64,000 nucleotides of DNA from Eledone cirrhosa (GCA_964016885.1 OZ024766.1:16492001-16556000); one strand, 5' to 3'; counted from the stretch's first letter, positions 40,468 through 56,454 are shown. Notes: generated from the sequence alone by a model not told the origin. Made by a program: numbers and translations.

Positions 40468-41376
40468 TCAGAACAAACAAGTTTTATTGAAAACATTAAC
40501 AACATTGGTGGCACAGTGATGTGGCTTCTCACCTGTATGGATACGTTTGTGTCTAGTTAAGTTACCACTTCCAGAGAATGATTTACCACAGATATCACAG
40601 TGATATGGCTTGTCACCTGTATGGGTACGGATGTGACAAGTTAATATACTACTTAGAGAGAATGATTGACCACAGATATCACAGCGATATGGTTTCTCTC
40701 CTGTATGTATACTTTTGTGACTAGTTAAATTACTATTAACAAACAATGATTTACCACAGATACCACAGTGATAAGGCTTGTCTCCTGTATGAGTACGTAT
40801 GTGAGAAGTTAAATTACCACTTCTAGAGAATGATTTACCACAGATATCACAGAGATATGGCTTCTCTCCTGTATGTATATGTTTGTGTGTAGTTAAATGA
40901 CTACTTCGAGAGAATGATTTACCACAGATATCACAGTGATATGGCTTCTCTCTTGTATGGGTACGTTTGTGTCTAGTTAAAGCATTACTTACAGAGAATG
41001 ATTTACCACAGATATCACAGTGATATGGCTTCTCTCCTGTATGTATACGTTTGTGGCTAGTTAAGGTACCACTTTGAGAGAATGATTTACCACAGATATC
41101 ACAGTGATATGGCTTCTCTCCTGCATGTGTACGTTTGTGGCTTGTTAAATTACCATTAACAAAGAATGATTTACCACAGATATCACAGTGATATGGTTTC
41201 TCTACTGTATGTATACGTTTGTGACTAGTTAATTTACTACTAACAGAGAATGATTTAGCACAGACATCACAGTGATATGGCTTCTCTCCTCTATCCTTTG
41301 ACATCTCTTCTGTAATAGCCATATCTTTAGTCATTGTTTCACATTTAATCTTCTTTTCACTCAATATATTTTCCAT
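40468..41376 (-). CDS. C2H2 zinc-finger protein 5 (302 aa, 9 fingers; truncated, possibly a pseudogene)
   Basis: Nine fingers, then a deletion into 3'-UTR sequence ([17 protein letters not shown]); upstream exon/promoter region deleted. Confidence 0.75.
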   Translation of the reverse strand: MENILSEKKIKCETMTKDMAITEEMSKDRGEKPYHCDVCAKSFSVSSKLTSHKRIHTVEKPYHCDICGKSFFVNGNLTSHKRTHAGEKPYHCDICGKSFSQSGTLTSHKRIHTGEKPYHCDICGKSFSVSNALTRHKRTHTREKPYHCDICGKSFSRSSHLTTHKHIHTGEKPYLCDICGKSFSRSGNLTSHIRTHTGDKPYHCGICGKSLFVNSNLTSHKSIHTGEKPYRCDICGQSFSLSSILTCHIRTHTGDKPYHCDICGKSFSGSGNLTRHKRIHTGEKPHHCATNVVNVFNKTCLF

Positions 41377-42009
41377 AATAATCTTTCTTCCCTTGGCAGA
41401 ATTTACAGATGTTATTCTTTAATATTTTTTATGTTATATTCCTAAAAAATATTACTTCTGTTATATTTCCCTCAATTATGATCTCAGTTAATACCTGAAG
41501 ATGATGCAAACTTCTTTGTCATTGAAGTTGAGTTAAAATACAAAATATATCTCTCATATATATACCACACAGTGAAGAAAAGGAATTTTGTCTTTAAACT
41601 CAGTTCTGAGGAAATATATCACAGTAATTCTGATAGATTTATATAAACAGTGTTATATAAGTTCTGTTTAAAAAGTTTTAATCTTCAAATGATGATAAAT
41701 CGAGGTGATGTATCCAAGATTGAAAATAATTATTTTCACAGTAATTCTGATAGATTTATATAAACAGTGTTATATAAGTTCTGTTTAAAAAGTTTTAATC
41801 TTCAAATGATGATAAATAGAGGTGATGTATCCAAGATTGAAAAAAATAATTTATCCCAATGTCATCTGATATTCTGAAATGAAAAAGAAACAGTATGAGA
41901 TAATAGAGAATAGTTAAGAAGCAGAGATAGATTTAACAGTGGAAATTTTACATGTATAAACCCTGCAAACTTTTTATTGAAAAATCAAATTATTTTAGTT
42001 TTTAATTAG

Positions 42010-42499
42010 TTACAAGAAATCTTCCTCCACACCTGCAACCATGAGTGCATCTGGGGTTCTCTTCTCTTCAGAGAGATGGATCCTCATGAGGTGGAGAGAA
42101 TACTTTGCTGATCTCCCAAACCCGATCACAACAGCATCTTCGGATGTACATGAGGTGAATCTGGTAGCGGTGACTAATCTCTCGGAGGCTGAGGTCACAA
42201 GAGCTATTAAAGAGCTCAAATGTGACCGACTCATGTGTGTCAGATGGCCTGGGTCTCTGAAATGGTACTCAAGCAATGCAATCGGGAGTGATAATCTCAA
42301 TTTATAAAAAGGGAGACACGAGAGATTGTTCCAAATAGAGAGGGATCTCCTTGTTAAGCCTCCCTGGTAAAGTCTATGCTAAGTTTCTGACAAAGTGATG
42401 TAGCGAGTCCAAGCTAGCTGATGGACAGTGCTGTTTTCTCCCTGGGTGCAACATAACCAACCAAATATTCACACTGTGGCAGGTGTTTGAGAAATCGTG
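42010..42499 (+). mobile_element. RTE-type RT fragment truncated by deletion
   Basis: Homologous to 19541-20030; gaaatcgtg joins the satellite. Confidence 0.8.
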
Positions 42500-42503
42500 A
42501 ACA

Positions 42504-44308
42504 GCCAGTTAAATAAGACAGCCATGGACACCTGTATGACAACTGACATTGGAAGAAGAGACTAGAAGGAGCAGTCACTGGAGTAGCCAGTTAAATAAGA
42601 CAGCCATGGACACCTGTATGACAACTGACATTGGAAGAAGAGACTAGAAGGAGCAGTCACTGGAGTAGCCAGTTAAATAAGACAGCCATGGACACCTGTA
42701 TGACAACTGACATTGGAAGAAGGGACTAGAAGGAGCAATCACTGGAATAGCCAGTTAAATAAGACAGCCATGGATTCCTGTATGACAACTGACATTGGAA
42801 AGAGAGACTAGAAGGAGCAGTCACTGGAGTAGCCAGTTAAATAAGTCAGCCATGGACACCTGTATGACAACTGACGTTGGAAGAAGAGTCTAGAAGGAGC
42901 AGTCACTGGAGTAGCCAGTTAAATAAGACAGTCATGGACTCCTGTATGACAATTGACATTGGAAGAAGAGACTAGAAGGAGCAGTCACTGGAGTAGCCAG
43001 TTAAATAAGACAGCCATGGACTTCTGTATGACAACTGAGATTGGAAGAAGGGACTAGAAGGAGCAGTCACTGGAGTAGCCAGTTAAATAAGACAGCCATG
43101 GACTCCTGTATGACAACTGACATTGGATGAAGGGACTAGAAGGAGCAGTCACTGGAGTAGCCAGTTAAATAAGACAGCCATGGACTCCTGTATGACAACT
43201 GACATTGGAAGAAGAGACTAGAAGGAGCAGTCACTGGAGTAGCCAGTTATGGACTCCTGTATGACAATTGACATTGGAAGAAGAGACTAGAAGGAGCAGT
43301 CACTGGAGTAGCCAGTTAAATAAGACAGCCATGGACTCCTGTATGACAACTGACATTGGAAGAAGAGACTAGAAGGAGCAGTCACTGGAGTAGCCAGTTA
43401 AATAAGACAGCCATGGACTTCTGTATGACAACTGACATTGGCAGAAGGGACTAGAAGGAGCAGTCACTGGAGTAGCCACTTAAATAAGACAGTCATGGAC
43501 TCCTGTATGACAACTAACATTCGAAGAAGGGTCTAGAAGGAGCAGTCACTGGAGTAGCCAGTTAAATAAGACAGCCATGGACACCTGTATGACAACTGAC
43601 ATTGGAAGAAGGGACTAGAAGGAGCAGTCACTGGAATAGCCAGTTAAATAAGACAGCCATGGACTCCTGTATGACAACTGACATTGGAAAGATAGACGAG
43701 AAGGAGCAGTCACTGGAGTAGCCAGTTAAATAAGACAGTCATGGACACCTGTATGACAACTAACATTGGAAGAAGGGACTAGAAGGAGCAGTCACTGGAG
43801 TAGCCAGTTAAATAACAGCCATGGACACCTATATGACAACTGATATTGGAAGAAGGGACTAGAAGGAGCAGTCACTGGAGTAGCCAGTTAAATAACAGCC
43901 ATGGACTCCTGTATGACAACTGACATTGGAAAAAGGGACTAGAAGGAGCAGTCACTGGAGTAGCCAGTTAAATAAGACAGCCATGGACACCTGTATGACA
44001 ACTGACATTGGAAAAAGGGACTAGAAGGAGTAGTCACTGGAGTAGCCAGTTAAATAAAACAGCCATAGACTCCTGTATGACAACTGACATGGGAAGAAGG
44101 GACTAGAGGGAGCAGTCACTGGAGTGGCCAATTAAATAAGACAGCCATGGACACCTGTATGACAACTGACATTGGAAGAAGAGACTAGAAGGAGCAGTCA
44201 CTGGAGTAGCCAGTTAAATAAGACAGCCATGGACTTCTGTATGACAACTGACATTGGAAGAAGGGACTAGAAGGAGCAGTCACTGGAGTAGCCAGTTAAA
44301 TAAGACAG
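42504..44308 (+). repeat. 82-bp satellite array (~22 monomers)
   Basis: Same monomer. Confidence 0.95.
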
Positions 44309-44657
44309 TTGTTTGCTACTATACTCACAGCATGTGGAATAAATCTCATCTTCCCTGGCAGGAGCACAAAAACAATATGTCAGACGACTATCTACGCCTA
44401 GCCCAAAGACGTTATAGCAATATATATGTGGAATCTACCTCCAAGATTTACAATCAAGCTCTGTGCAACCTGTCCCATTGAATTCCAGCAATGCAGGATG
44501 CCAGAGCCAGAAGAAATTGAGGTAATACAATCAGTTTTTCAGGAGACAAACCATGATATTGAAGTGTTGCGTAAGTTTGTGAATGAAAATAAACCTTGAC
44601 TGGTAGATGACCAGAAATATGCCTACCACAACATCATGAAAAACATTCAACATGACA
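44309..44657 (+). mobile_element. Helitron RepHel fragment, 3' part
   Basis: Homologous to 13913-14260. Confidence 0.8.
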
Positions 44658-45975
44658 GCACCCAGCACTCTCTGTAAATGAGGTTAGCGTTAGGAAGGGC
44701 ATCCATCTGTAGAAATCAAGCCTGAATCAGTTCCTGTCCCACCCTTGCAAGCAGGGAAAATGCGGACGTGAAATGAAATGATGAATGATGATGTCCCTCC
44801 CATATTTTCAATAATGTCACTTTGACGAACCAAAAGATAAATAACAGAAAAACAGACCCTAAAATATATTTTCCGTGCTATTTCCAACTTCACCTTTTCT
44901 CTATATATAGAGAGAGCGAGAGGACAATTTGTCATGTCTTCATTACATAGGTGCTATTTTAAATAAACATCTTTTAACGGTCTGTTCTGCTATATTTTAC
45001 TTTTCCACGTATATATATATATATCAACTAGAAATTGATTGACATATAAATAAACATATGAAACAATGACAGGGGATAATTTGTAAATGTGTGTAAGCAC
45101 ACATAGCTAGGTAACTAAATAAAGTTTAACTAGAACTTCAAAAATAGATACCTTAGAAAATGATTAATCTTCCTTGTATATATTCCATTAAAGAAATATA
45201 TTTCACCAATTAATCGATTGGTAAACGACAGTAGCCAGATCTTGGATTCTCAACAAGGAAGAAGTCCAACCATCTGTGTTTACGCATCAAGTTCAAATCA
45301 GCGACTGTCCAGTAACACGTAATGTATCTACTAAAAATACACACATCATACCAGCTTCGTCCCAGTGGCGTGAATAGGGTTATTGTCTACTAGAAACAGC
45401 AGTCAGGTTCTTTCAACAGAGTTAGCTCTACAATTAAGAGGCCCTATTTATATATATATATATCCAAAATTAAGATAAATTAAAATGAAATTAATCTGAA
45501 TCGTATCATGGGTGTCATGCCAATAAGACAGGCGCCATATCGCTCATAAAATAAGCTCCATGGACCTTATTTTACGAGTGATATGGCGCATGTCTTTCTG
45601 TCATGACACCCATAATTTGATATAGATTAATTTTATTTATCTTAATTTTGGATATATATATATATATACAGAGAAAGAGAAGAGTAGACAAACAGACAAT
45701 GACAAAGAAGAGGAATTAACCCCACACCCCCAGTATTTCACTGGTATTTCATTTATTGACCTCAAAATAACGAAGCAACTTTACCTCAGTGGGATTTGTA
45801 CTCTGAGAACTAGAACAGACACTGAAAATATATCAAGATGTGCACACATGTATATAAGAACACATATAAACATACATATACATATACACACACACATATA
45901 CACAAATAAAGATAATCATTTTCATGGACAGAAATTTCTACACACTGACATATACACTCATACATATATATATAT

Positions 45976-46098
45976 ATAGGAAAATGTTTAACCCCGATGG
46001 CAGAGCTCAAGCCATTTCGACGGTTATGTCTGGACTGTTTCCAGAAATAGCCGTCGAAACAGATTGAGCTCTGCCGTCGGGGTTAAACATTTTCCTAT
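45976..46098. repeat. Palindrome A, copy 6
   Basis: Same fold-back sequence. Confidence 0.85.
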
Positions 46099-46756
46099 TA
46101 CCCGCTCTACTACCGTAAATATTGAGTACTCTGGTGCGTATATGGTCCATCTGGTTCTTTACCACACCTCCTTTGTTATATATATATATAAAATCATAAG
46201 AAATGAAAGGAGGTGTGTGGTTACTGTAAACAAAGTTTAAGATGGTAATATGGATGAAAGGAGAGAGGAAACCCTTCATCAGCTGTAAACCGAGATCATA
46301 GATGTTTTGGCACATATATATATATATATAGTGTTTGTAAATTCTGTACCATACAGATTTGTCAGCATAAGTCTTGGTTACAACTTCTACAAATAAAATG
46401 AAAGGAGAATAATTTCAGAACAAACAAGTTTTATTGAAAACATTAACAACATTGGTGGCACTATTTTGGGTGAGTGACATGGTTTTTATCTTGTCTGATT
46501 GTGTTTGTGTTCCATTAAGTAACCTTATGTTGGTACCACAACATTTAGAAAATGATTTACCACAGACAACACAGTGATATGGTTCCTCTCCTGTATATGT
46601 TAGTGTCTAGTAAAGTCACGACATTTAGAGAAGGATTTATCACAGACATCACAGTGATATGGTTCCTCTCCTGTATATGTTAGTGTCTAGTGAAGCCACA
46701 TTTAGAGAAGGATTTACTGCAGATATCACAGTGATATGGTTCCTCTCCTGTATATG

Positions 46757-47377
<621 letters not shown>

Positions 47378-47715
47378 TTAATATTTTTTATATTATATTC
47401 CTAAAAAATATTTCTTCTGTTATATTTCCCTCAATTGTGATCTCAGTTAATACCTGAAGATGATGCAAACTTCTTTGTCATTGAAGTTGAGTTAAAATAC
47501 AAAATATATCTTTCATATATATACCACACAGTGAAGAAAAGGAATTTTGTCTTTAAACTCAGTTCTGAGGAAATATATCACAGTCATTCTGATAGATTTA
47601 TATAAACAGTGTTATATAAGTTCTGTTTAGAAAGTTTTAATCTTCAAATGATGATAAATAGAGGTGATGTATCCAAGATTGAAAATAATAATTTATCCTA
47701 ATGTCATCTGATATT

Positions 47716-49513
47716 CTGAAATGAAAAAGAAACAGTATGAAATAATAGAGAATACTTAAGAAGCAGAGATAGATTTAACAGTGGAAATTTACATCTATAA
47801 ACCTTGGAAACTTTTTATTGAAAAATCAAATTATTTTAGTTTTTAATTAGTTACAAGAAATCTTTCTCCACACCTGCAACCATGAGTGTATCTGGGGTTC
47901 TTTTCTCTTCAGAGAGATGGATCCTCATGAGGTGGAGAGAATACTTTGCTGATCTCCCAAACCCGATCACAACAGCATCTTCGGATGTACATGAGGTGAA
48001 TCTGATAGCAGTGACTAATCTCTCGGAGGCTGGGGTCACAAGAGCAATTAAAGAGCTCAAATGTGACCGACTCATGTGTGTCAGATGGCCTGGGTCTCTG
48101 AAATGGCACTCAAACAAAGGCAATCGGGAGTGATAATCCCAATTTATAAAAAGGGACACACGAGAGATTGTTCCAAATAGAGAGGGATCACATTGTTAAG
48201 CCTCCCTGGTAAAGTATATGCTAAGTTTCTGACAAAGTGATGTAGCGAGTCCGAGCTAGCTGATGGACAGTGCTGTTTTCTCCCTGGGTGCAACATAACC
48301 CACCAAATATTCACACTGTGGCAGGTCTTTGAGAAATCGTGGGAGTATTGCTAAGAGGTATATATTATCGTTTTATAGACCTTGAAAATGCATATGATTG
48401 CATTCTTCAGGACCTGCTGTGCACACAGGAGTTCCCATGGGCAGCCAGTCTTAAACATCTCTGTTATAGGCTGCAGGACGATAATAACTAAGTGAGGGCT
48501 AAGAACAGAGCCCTGGTGGACACCAGACTACACTCCAAATTATTCACTATAATTGTTTCTATTTTAAACACAAGGCCAGCAATTACCCAGTACATTACCC
48601 AGTACTTTAATTTATCGACCCCGTATGGATGTAAAGCAAAGTTAACCTCAGCTGGATTTGAACTCAGATCATAAAGGGACGTAACTCTGTGCCTCAAAGC
48701 ATGGTGTCCGACTCTCTACCGATACTGCCACTTCACTATGAATGTTAATCCTGACATTGCTGACTACTCTTCTATACATGGCTTTATGATCCTCTATACA
48801 AGACATGTATCAGACGGTTATTCAGCTAGCTCTTTAGAGTATTAGAACCTTATTATGTACAGCCACCGAGATCCCACACCAACAGATGTCCCCTCACCAT
48901 CAAAGCAGTTCCCTGAAATACAGATACTAAACCCCTACTTGGCTGGCTAAATCAGACATAATTATAATGAAATGAAACCCACAATAAACTAATGTTCAAC
49001 CATAAGTAGATGAAGATAATTAAATTGTAAGAGATTTAGACTAAAATAGACAAAATATTAATTTACTTAAAGCAATAACAAGGTACAGCTAAATATAAAA
49101 TATATTTTATAATGTACGGTAGTGAACCACATAATTAAATAGACGGAGGTAATTTAAATAATAAAGATATCTTTAACTTACTTAAAGCAATGACAAGGTA
49201 CAGCTAAATATAAACTGTATTTTATAATGTAAGGTAGCGAACAACTTAATTAAATAATAATTATATCTTTAATTTACTTAAAGCAATGACAAGGTACAGC
49301 TAAATATAAACTGTATTTTATAATGTAAGGTAGTGAACAAGATAATTAAATAGACGGAGGTAATTTAAATAATAAAGACAGTCATGATAACAATATATTT
49401 TATATCACATGTAACAGTGGAATCTAGTTAATTACTGAATCGTTGTAAGGTTCACATAATTATATTATTTACACACATTAATATAGACATTAAGTAAATC
49501 TTTGTCAACTTAC
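47716..49513 (-). other. Predicted 5'-UTR intron of ZNF gene 6
   Basis: Conserved donor, acceptor and TE content. Confidence 0.6.
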
Positions 49514-50328
49514 CTCCTTCACATATAATCAATGTATTGTGTTGTTAGTTGTTACTAAACAACCAAAGAAATAATCTCTTTGTTATCAAATTAGAAGTTT
49601 CAATGTTATCAGCTTTATTTCACGACATTAACGTTGGTGTATCTTCTTCATCTTTAGTCATAAATTGATATCTTGTCAGAATGAAGTAGTGAGGCTGACT
49701 TTATGTCTTTAGCTACAGATTTGTTGGAAATATATATATATTAGGTTGATATGTGGTCTAAAATATATATATTGTCTATAAATGACTGAGAGCAGATGTT
49801 CTGGTGAAATAGTAGTTTTACTACTACAGATTGTAATGGAACTCTTAGTAAACACAATTGTAAAGTAAGAATAGATATGACAGTGTAAGACTGATGTCGG
49901 GGAATTAAAATTGTGTGTGTGTATATATATATAATTGTTACACAAGATATAATTAGATTAATTAAAGTTATCACGAAGACAGAAGGTACTCGGTGTCTTA
50001 GCGAATGTTTCGACTCTCGTACGGTGTCAAACGTGAAAAGTCCCTGACATAATTTAGTACCTTCACACACATTTCCAGTCGTATTTAATTCTATAGTGAT
50101 GTGATTTATTAAAAAGAAATGTGATAATTGTTTCTACTTTTGGCACAAGGCCAGCAATTACCCTAGTGTATTACTGGTACTATATTTTATCGACCCTGTA
50201 ATAATTGTTTCTACATTAGGCACAAGGCCAGCAATACCCCAGTACATTACTGGTACTTTATTTTACCGACCCCGTAGGGATGAAAGGCAAAGCTAACCTC
50301 TGAGGGATTAACTTTGCTTTTCATCCTC

Positions 50329-50716
50329 ATCTCTATACATATAGAAAATGGACAGAGTGTGTACTTCACTGAAACCACTGCTCATCAGTTGACACCAGCA
50401 TCACCTGACACTACTCTAACTGCTTTTTTGAAACACTGCCAGAATAAAGAATTTGTTCGATCCCTCCTATATGCTGACATCCCAAAATACTACACCTGGA
50501 CCAATTGTAAGACTTGGAATCAAAGGAAGCAGGGTCATTTAGTGGAAGGTGATGAAGTCAAGGCAAGTGATGCTATTGGGCATGTTTACAATGACCACCC
50601 CAACAACAGAGAGAGTTTTTATTTACAGCCACTTCTGCATATTGTTCAAGGACCAACGTCATTTGGGGATCTCAGGTGATTTGGTGGGAGAGTGCAGCAC
50701 ATCCCAAGAAGCATAC
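50329..50716 (+). mobile_element. Helitron RepHel fragment, 5' part
   Basis: ORF 50314..50679. Confidence 0.85.
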
Positions 50717-53585
50717 TATGGACACCTGTATGACAACTGACATTGGAAGAAGAGACAAGAAGGAGCAGTCACTGGAGTAGCCAGTTAAATAAGACAGCCA
50801 TGGACACCTGTATGACAACTGACATTGGAAGAAGAGACTAGAAGGAGCAGTCACTGGAGTAGCCAGTTAAATAAGACAGCCATGGACTTCTGTATGACAA
50901 CTGACATTGGAAGAAGAGACTAGAAGGAGCAGTCACTGGAGTAGCGAGTTAAATAAGACAGCCATGGACTCCTGTATGACAACTGACATTGGAAGAAGAG
51001 ACTAGAAGGAGCAGTCACTGGAGTAGCCAGTTAAATAAGACAGCCATGGACTTCTGTATGACAACTGACATTGGCAGAAGTGACTAGAAGGAGCAGTCAC
51101 TGGAGTAGCCACTTAAATAAGACAGTCATGGACTCCTGTATGACAACTAACATTCGAAGAAGGGACTAGAAGGAGCAGTCACTGGAGTAGCCAGCTAAAT
51201 AAGACAGCCATGGACACCTGTATGACAACTGACATTGGAAGAAGGGACTAGAAGGAGCAGTCACTGGAGTAGCCAGTTAAATAAGACAGCCATGGACTTC
51301 TGTATGACAACTGAGATTGGAAGAAGAGACTAGAAGGAGCAGTCACTGGAGTAGCGAGTTAAATAAGACAGCCATGGACTCCTGTATGACAACTGACATT
51401 GGAAGAAGAGACTAGAAGGAGCAGTCACTGGAGTAGCCAGTTAAATAAGACAGCCATGGACTTCTGTATGACAACTGACATTGGCAGAAGTGACTAGAAG
51501 GAGCAGTCACTGGAGTAGCCACTTAAATAAGACAGTCATGGACTCCTGTATGACAACTAACATTCGAAGAAGGGACTAGAAGGAGCAGTCACTGGAGTAG
51601 CCAGCTAAATAAGACAGCCATGGACACCTGTATGACAACTGACATTGGAAGAAGGGACTAGAAGGAGCAGTCACTGGAGTAGCCAGTTAAATAAGACAGC
51701 CATGGACTTCTGTATGACAACTGAGATTGGAAGAAGAGACTAGAAGGAGCAGTCACTGGAGTAGCGAGTTAAATAAGACAGCCATGGACTCCTGTATGAC
51801 AACTGACATTGGAAGAAGAGACTAGAAGGAGCAGTCACTGGAGTAGCCAGTTAAATAAGACAGCCATGGACTTCTGTATGACAACTGACATTGGCAGAAG
51901 TGACTAGAAGGAGCAGTCACTGGAGTAGCCACTTAAATAAGACAGTCATGGACTCCTGTATGACAACTAACATTCGAAGAAGGGACTAGAAGGAGCAGTC
52001 ACTGGAGTAGCCAGCTAAATAAGACAGCCATGGACACCTGTATGACAACTGACATTGGAAGAAGGGACTAGAAGGAGCAGTCACTGGAGTAGCCAGTTAA
52101 ATAAGACAGCCATGGACTTCTGTATGACAACTGAGATTGGAAGAAGGGACTAGAAGGAGCAGTCACTGGAGTAGCCAGTTAAATAAGACAGCCATGGACT
52201 CCTGTATGACAACTGACATTGGATGAAGGGACTAGAAGGAGCAGTCACTGGAGTAGCCAGTTAAATAAGACAGTCATGGACACCTGTATGACAACTAACA
52301 TTGGAAGAAGGGACTAGAAGGAGCAGTCACTGGAGTAGCCAGTTAAATAAGACAGCCATGGACTTCTGTATGACAACTGAGATTGGAAGAAGGGACTAGA
52401 AGGAGCAGTCACTGGAGTAGCCAGTTAAATAAGACAGCCATGGACTCCTGTATGACAACTGACATTGGATGAAGGGACTAGAAGGAGCAGTCACTGGAGT
52501 AGCCAGTTAAATAAGACAGCCATGGACACCTGTATGACAACTGACATTGGAAAAAGGGACTAGAAGGAGTAGTCACTGGAGTAGCCAGTTAAATAAGACA
52601 GCCATGGACTCCTGTATGACAACTGACATTGGAAGAAGGGACTAGAGGGAGCAGTCACTGGAGTGGCCAATTAAATAAGACAGCCATGGACACCTGTATG
52701 ACAACTGACATTGGAAGAAGAGACTAGAAGGAGCAGTCACTGGAGTAGCCAGTTAAATAAGACAGCCATGGACTCCTGTATGACAACTGACATTGGAAGA
52801 AGAGACTAGAAGGAGCAGTCACTGGAGGGGCCAGTTAAATAAGACAGCCATCGACACATGTATGACAACTGACATTGGAATAAGGGACTAGAGGGAGCAG
52901 TCACAGGAGTGGCCAATTAAATAAGACAGCCATGGACACCTGTATGACAACTGACATTGGAAGAAGGGACTAGAAGGAGCAGTCACTGGAGTAGCCAGTT
53001 AAATAAGACAGCCATGGACTCCTGTATGACAACTGACATTGGAATAAGAGACTAGAAGGAGCAGTCACTGGAGTGGCCAATTAAATAAGACAGCCATGGA
53101 CACCTGTATGACAACTGACATTGGAAGAAGGGACTAGAAGGAGCAGTCACTGGGGTAGCCAGTTAAATAAGACAGCCATGGACACCTGTATGACAACTGA
53201 CATTGGAAGAAGGGACTAGAAGGAGCAGTCACTGGAGTAGCCAGTTAAATAAGACAGCCATGGACTCCTGTATGACAACTGACATTGGAATAAGAGACTA
53301 GAAGGAGCAGTCACTGGAGTGGCCAATTAAATAAGACAGCCATGGACACCTGTATGACAACTGACATTGGAAGAAGGGACTAGAAGGAGCAGTCACTGGG
53401 GTAGCCAGTTAAATAAGACAGCCATGGACACCTGTATGACAACTGACATTGGAAGAAGGGACTAGAAGGAGCAGTCACTGGGGTAGCCAGTTAAATAAGA
53501 CAGCCATGGACACCTGTATGACAACAGATATTGGGAGAAGGTACTAGAAGGAGCAGTCACTAGAGTAGCCAGTTAAATAAGACAG
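50717..53585 (+). repeat. 82-bp satellite array (~35 monomers) with higher-order repeats
   Basis: Same monomer; 410-bp and 246-bp periodicities. Confidence 0.95.
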
Positions 53586-53944
53586 TTGTTTGCTACTATC
53601 CTCACAGCATCTGGAATAAATCTCATCTACCCTGGTAGGAGCACAAAAACAATATGTCAGACGACTATCTACACCTAGCCCAAAGACGTTATAGCAATAT
53701 TTATTTGGAATCTACCTCCAGGATTTACAATCAATCTCTGTGCAACCTGTCCCATTGAATTCCAGCAATGAATAGCAATGCAGGATGCCAGAGCCAGAAG
53801 AAATTGAGGTAATACAATCAGTTTTTCAGGAGACAAACCATGATATTGAAGTGTTGCGTAAGTTTGTGGATGAAAATAAACCTTGACTGGTGGATGACCA
53901 GAAATATGCCTACCACAACATCATGAAAAACATTCAACATGACA
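53586..53944 (+). mobile_element. Helitron RepHel fragment, 3' part
   Basis: Homologous to 13913-14260. Confidence 0.8.
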
Positions 53945-54299
53945 GTACCCAGTACTCACTGTAAGTGAGGTTGGCGTTAAGACGGGCATCCATCTTTAGA
54001 AATCAAGCCAGAATCAGTTCCCGTCCCACCCTTGCAAGCAGGGAGAAAGCGGACGTGAAATGAAATGATGATGAATGATGATGTCCCTCCCATATTTTCA
54101 ATAATGTCACTTTGACGAACCTAAAGATAAATAACAGAAAAACAGACCCTAAAATATATTTTCCGTGCTATTTCCAACTTCACCTTTTCTCTATATATAG
54201 AGAGAGCGCGAGGAGAATTTGTCATGTCTTCATTACATAGGTGCTATTTTAAATAAACATCTTTTAACGGTCTGTTCTGCTATATTTTACTTTTCCACG

Positions 54300-54341
<42 letters not shown>

Positions 54342-55297
54342 AACTAGAAATTGATTGACATATAAATAAACATATGAAACAATCACAGGGGATAATTTGT
54401 AAAAGTGTGTAAGCAGACATAGCTAGGTAGGTAACTAAATAAAGTTTAACTAGAACTTCAAAGATAGATACCTTAGAAAATGATTAATCTTCCTTGTATA
54501 TATTCCATTAAAGAAATATATTTCACCAATTAATCGATTGGTAAACGACAGTAGCCAGATCTTGGATTCTCAACAAGGAAGAAGTCCAACCATCTGTGTT
54601 TACGCATCAAGTTCAAATCAGCGACTGACCAGTAACACGTGCTGTATCTACTAAAAATACACACATCATACCAGCTTCGTCCCAGTTGCGTGAATAGGGT
54701 TATTGACAACTGGAAACAGCAGTCAGGTCCTTTCAACAGAGTTAGCTCTACAATTAAGAGGCCCTATTTATATATATATATATCCAAAATTAAGATAAAT
54801 TAAAATGAAATTAATCTGAATCGTATCATGGGTGTCATGCCAATAAGACAGGCGCCATATCGCTCATAAAATAAGCTCCATGGACCTTATTTTACGAGTG
54901 ATATGGCACATGTCTTTCTGTCATGACACCCATAATTTGATATAGATTAATTTTATTTATCTTAATTTTGGATATATATATATATATACAGAGAAAGAGA
55001 AGAGTAGACAAACAGACAATGACAAAGAAGAGGAATTAACCCCACACCCCCAGTATTTCACTGGTATTTCATTTATTGACCTCAAAATAACGAAGCAACT
55101 TTACCTCAGTGGGATTTGTACTCTGAGAACTAGAACAGACACTGAAAATACATCAAGATGTGCACACACGTATATAAGAACACATAAACATACACATACA
55201 TATACACACACATATATACACAAATAAAGATAGTCATTTTCATGGACAGAAATTTCTACACACTGACATATACACTCATACATATGTATATATATAT

Positions 55298-55420
55298 ATA
55301 GGAAAATGTTTAACCCCGACGGCAGAGCTCAAGCCATTTCGACGGTTATTTCTGGACTGTTTCCAGAAATAGCAGTCGAAACAGATTGAGCTCTGCCGTC
55401 GGGGTTAAACATTTTCCTAT
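55298..55420. repeat. Palindrome A, copy 7
   Basis: Same fold-back sequence. Confidence 0.85.
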
Positions 55421-56182
55421 TACCCGCTCTACTACCCTAAGTATTGAGTACTCTGGTGCGTATATGGTCCATCTGGTTCTTTACCACACCTCCTTTGTTA
55501 TATATATATATAAAATCATAAGAAACGAAAGGAGTTGTGTGGTTACTGTAAACAAAGTTTAAGATGGTAATATGGATGAAAGGAGAGAAGAAACCCTTCA
55601 TCAGCTGTAAACCGAGATCATAGATGTTTTGGCACATATATATATATAGTGTTTGTAAATTCTGTACCATACAGATTTGTCAGCATAAGTCTTGGTTACA
55701 ACTTCTACAAATAAAATGAAAGGAGAATAATTTCAGAACAAACAAGTTTTATTCAAAACATTAAGAACATTGGTGGCACTATTTTGGGTGAGTGATATGG
55801 TTTTTATCTTGTCTGATTGTGTTTGTGTTCCATTAAGTAACCTTATGTTGGTACCACAACATTTAGAAAATGATTTACCACAGACAACACAGTGATATGG
55901 TTCCTCTCCTGTATATGTTAGTGTCTAGTAAAGTCACAACATTTAGAGAAGGATTTATCACAGACATCACAGTGATATGGTTCCTCTCCTGTATATGTTA
56001 GTGTCTAGTGAAGCCACATTTAGAGAAGGATTTAATGCAGATATCACAGTGATATGGTTCCTCTCCTGTATATGTTAGTGTGTAGGGAAGCCACAACATT
56101 TAGAGAATGATTTACTGCAGATATCACAACGATATGGTTCCTTTTCTTTAAATGTTAGTGCTGAGTGAAGTGACTTATTTCA

Positions 56183-56317
<135 letters not shown>

Positions 56318-56454
56318 TTATGTTTGTATGTAGTTAATGTAGCAATACAAGAGAATAATTTCTCCGCAATATCACAGTTGTATGACTTCTCACTCATATG
56401 AATGTATTTGTGTCTAATTAATTTACAATTTTGAGACAATGAGATATGACTTTG

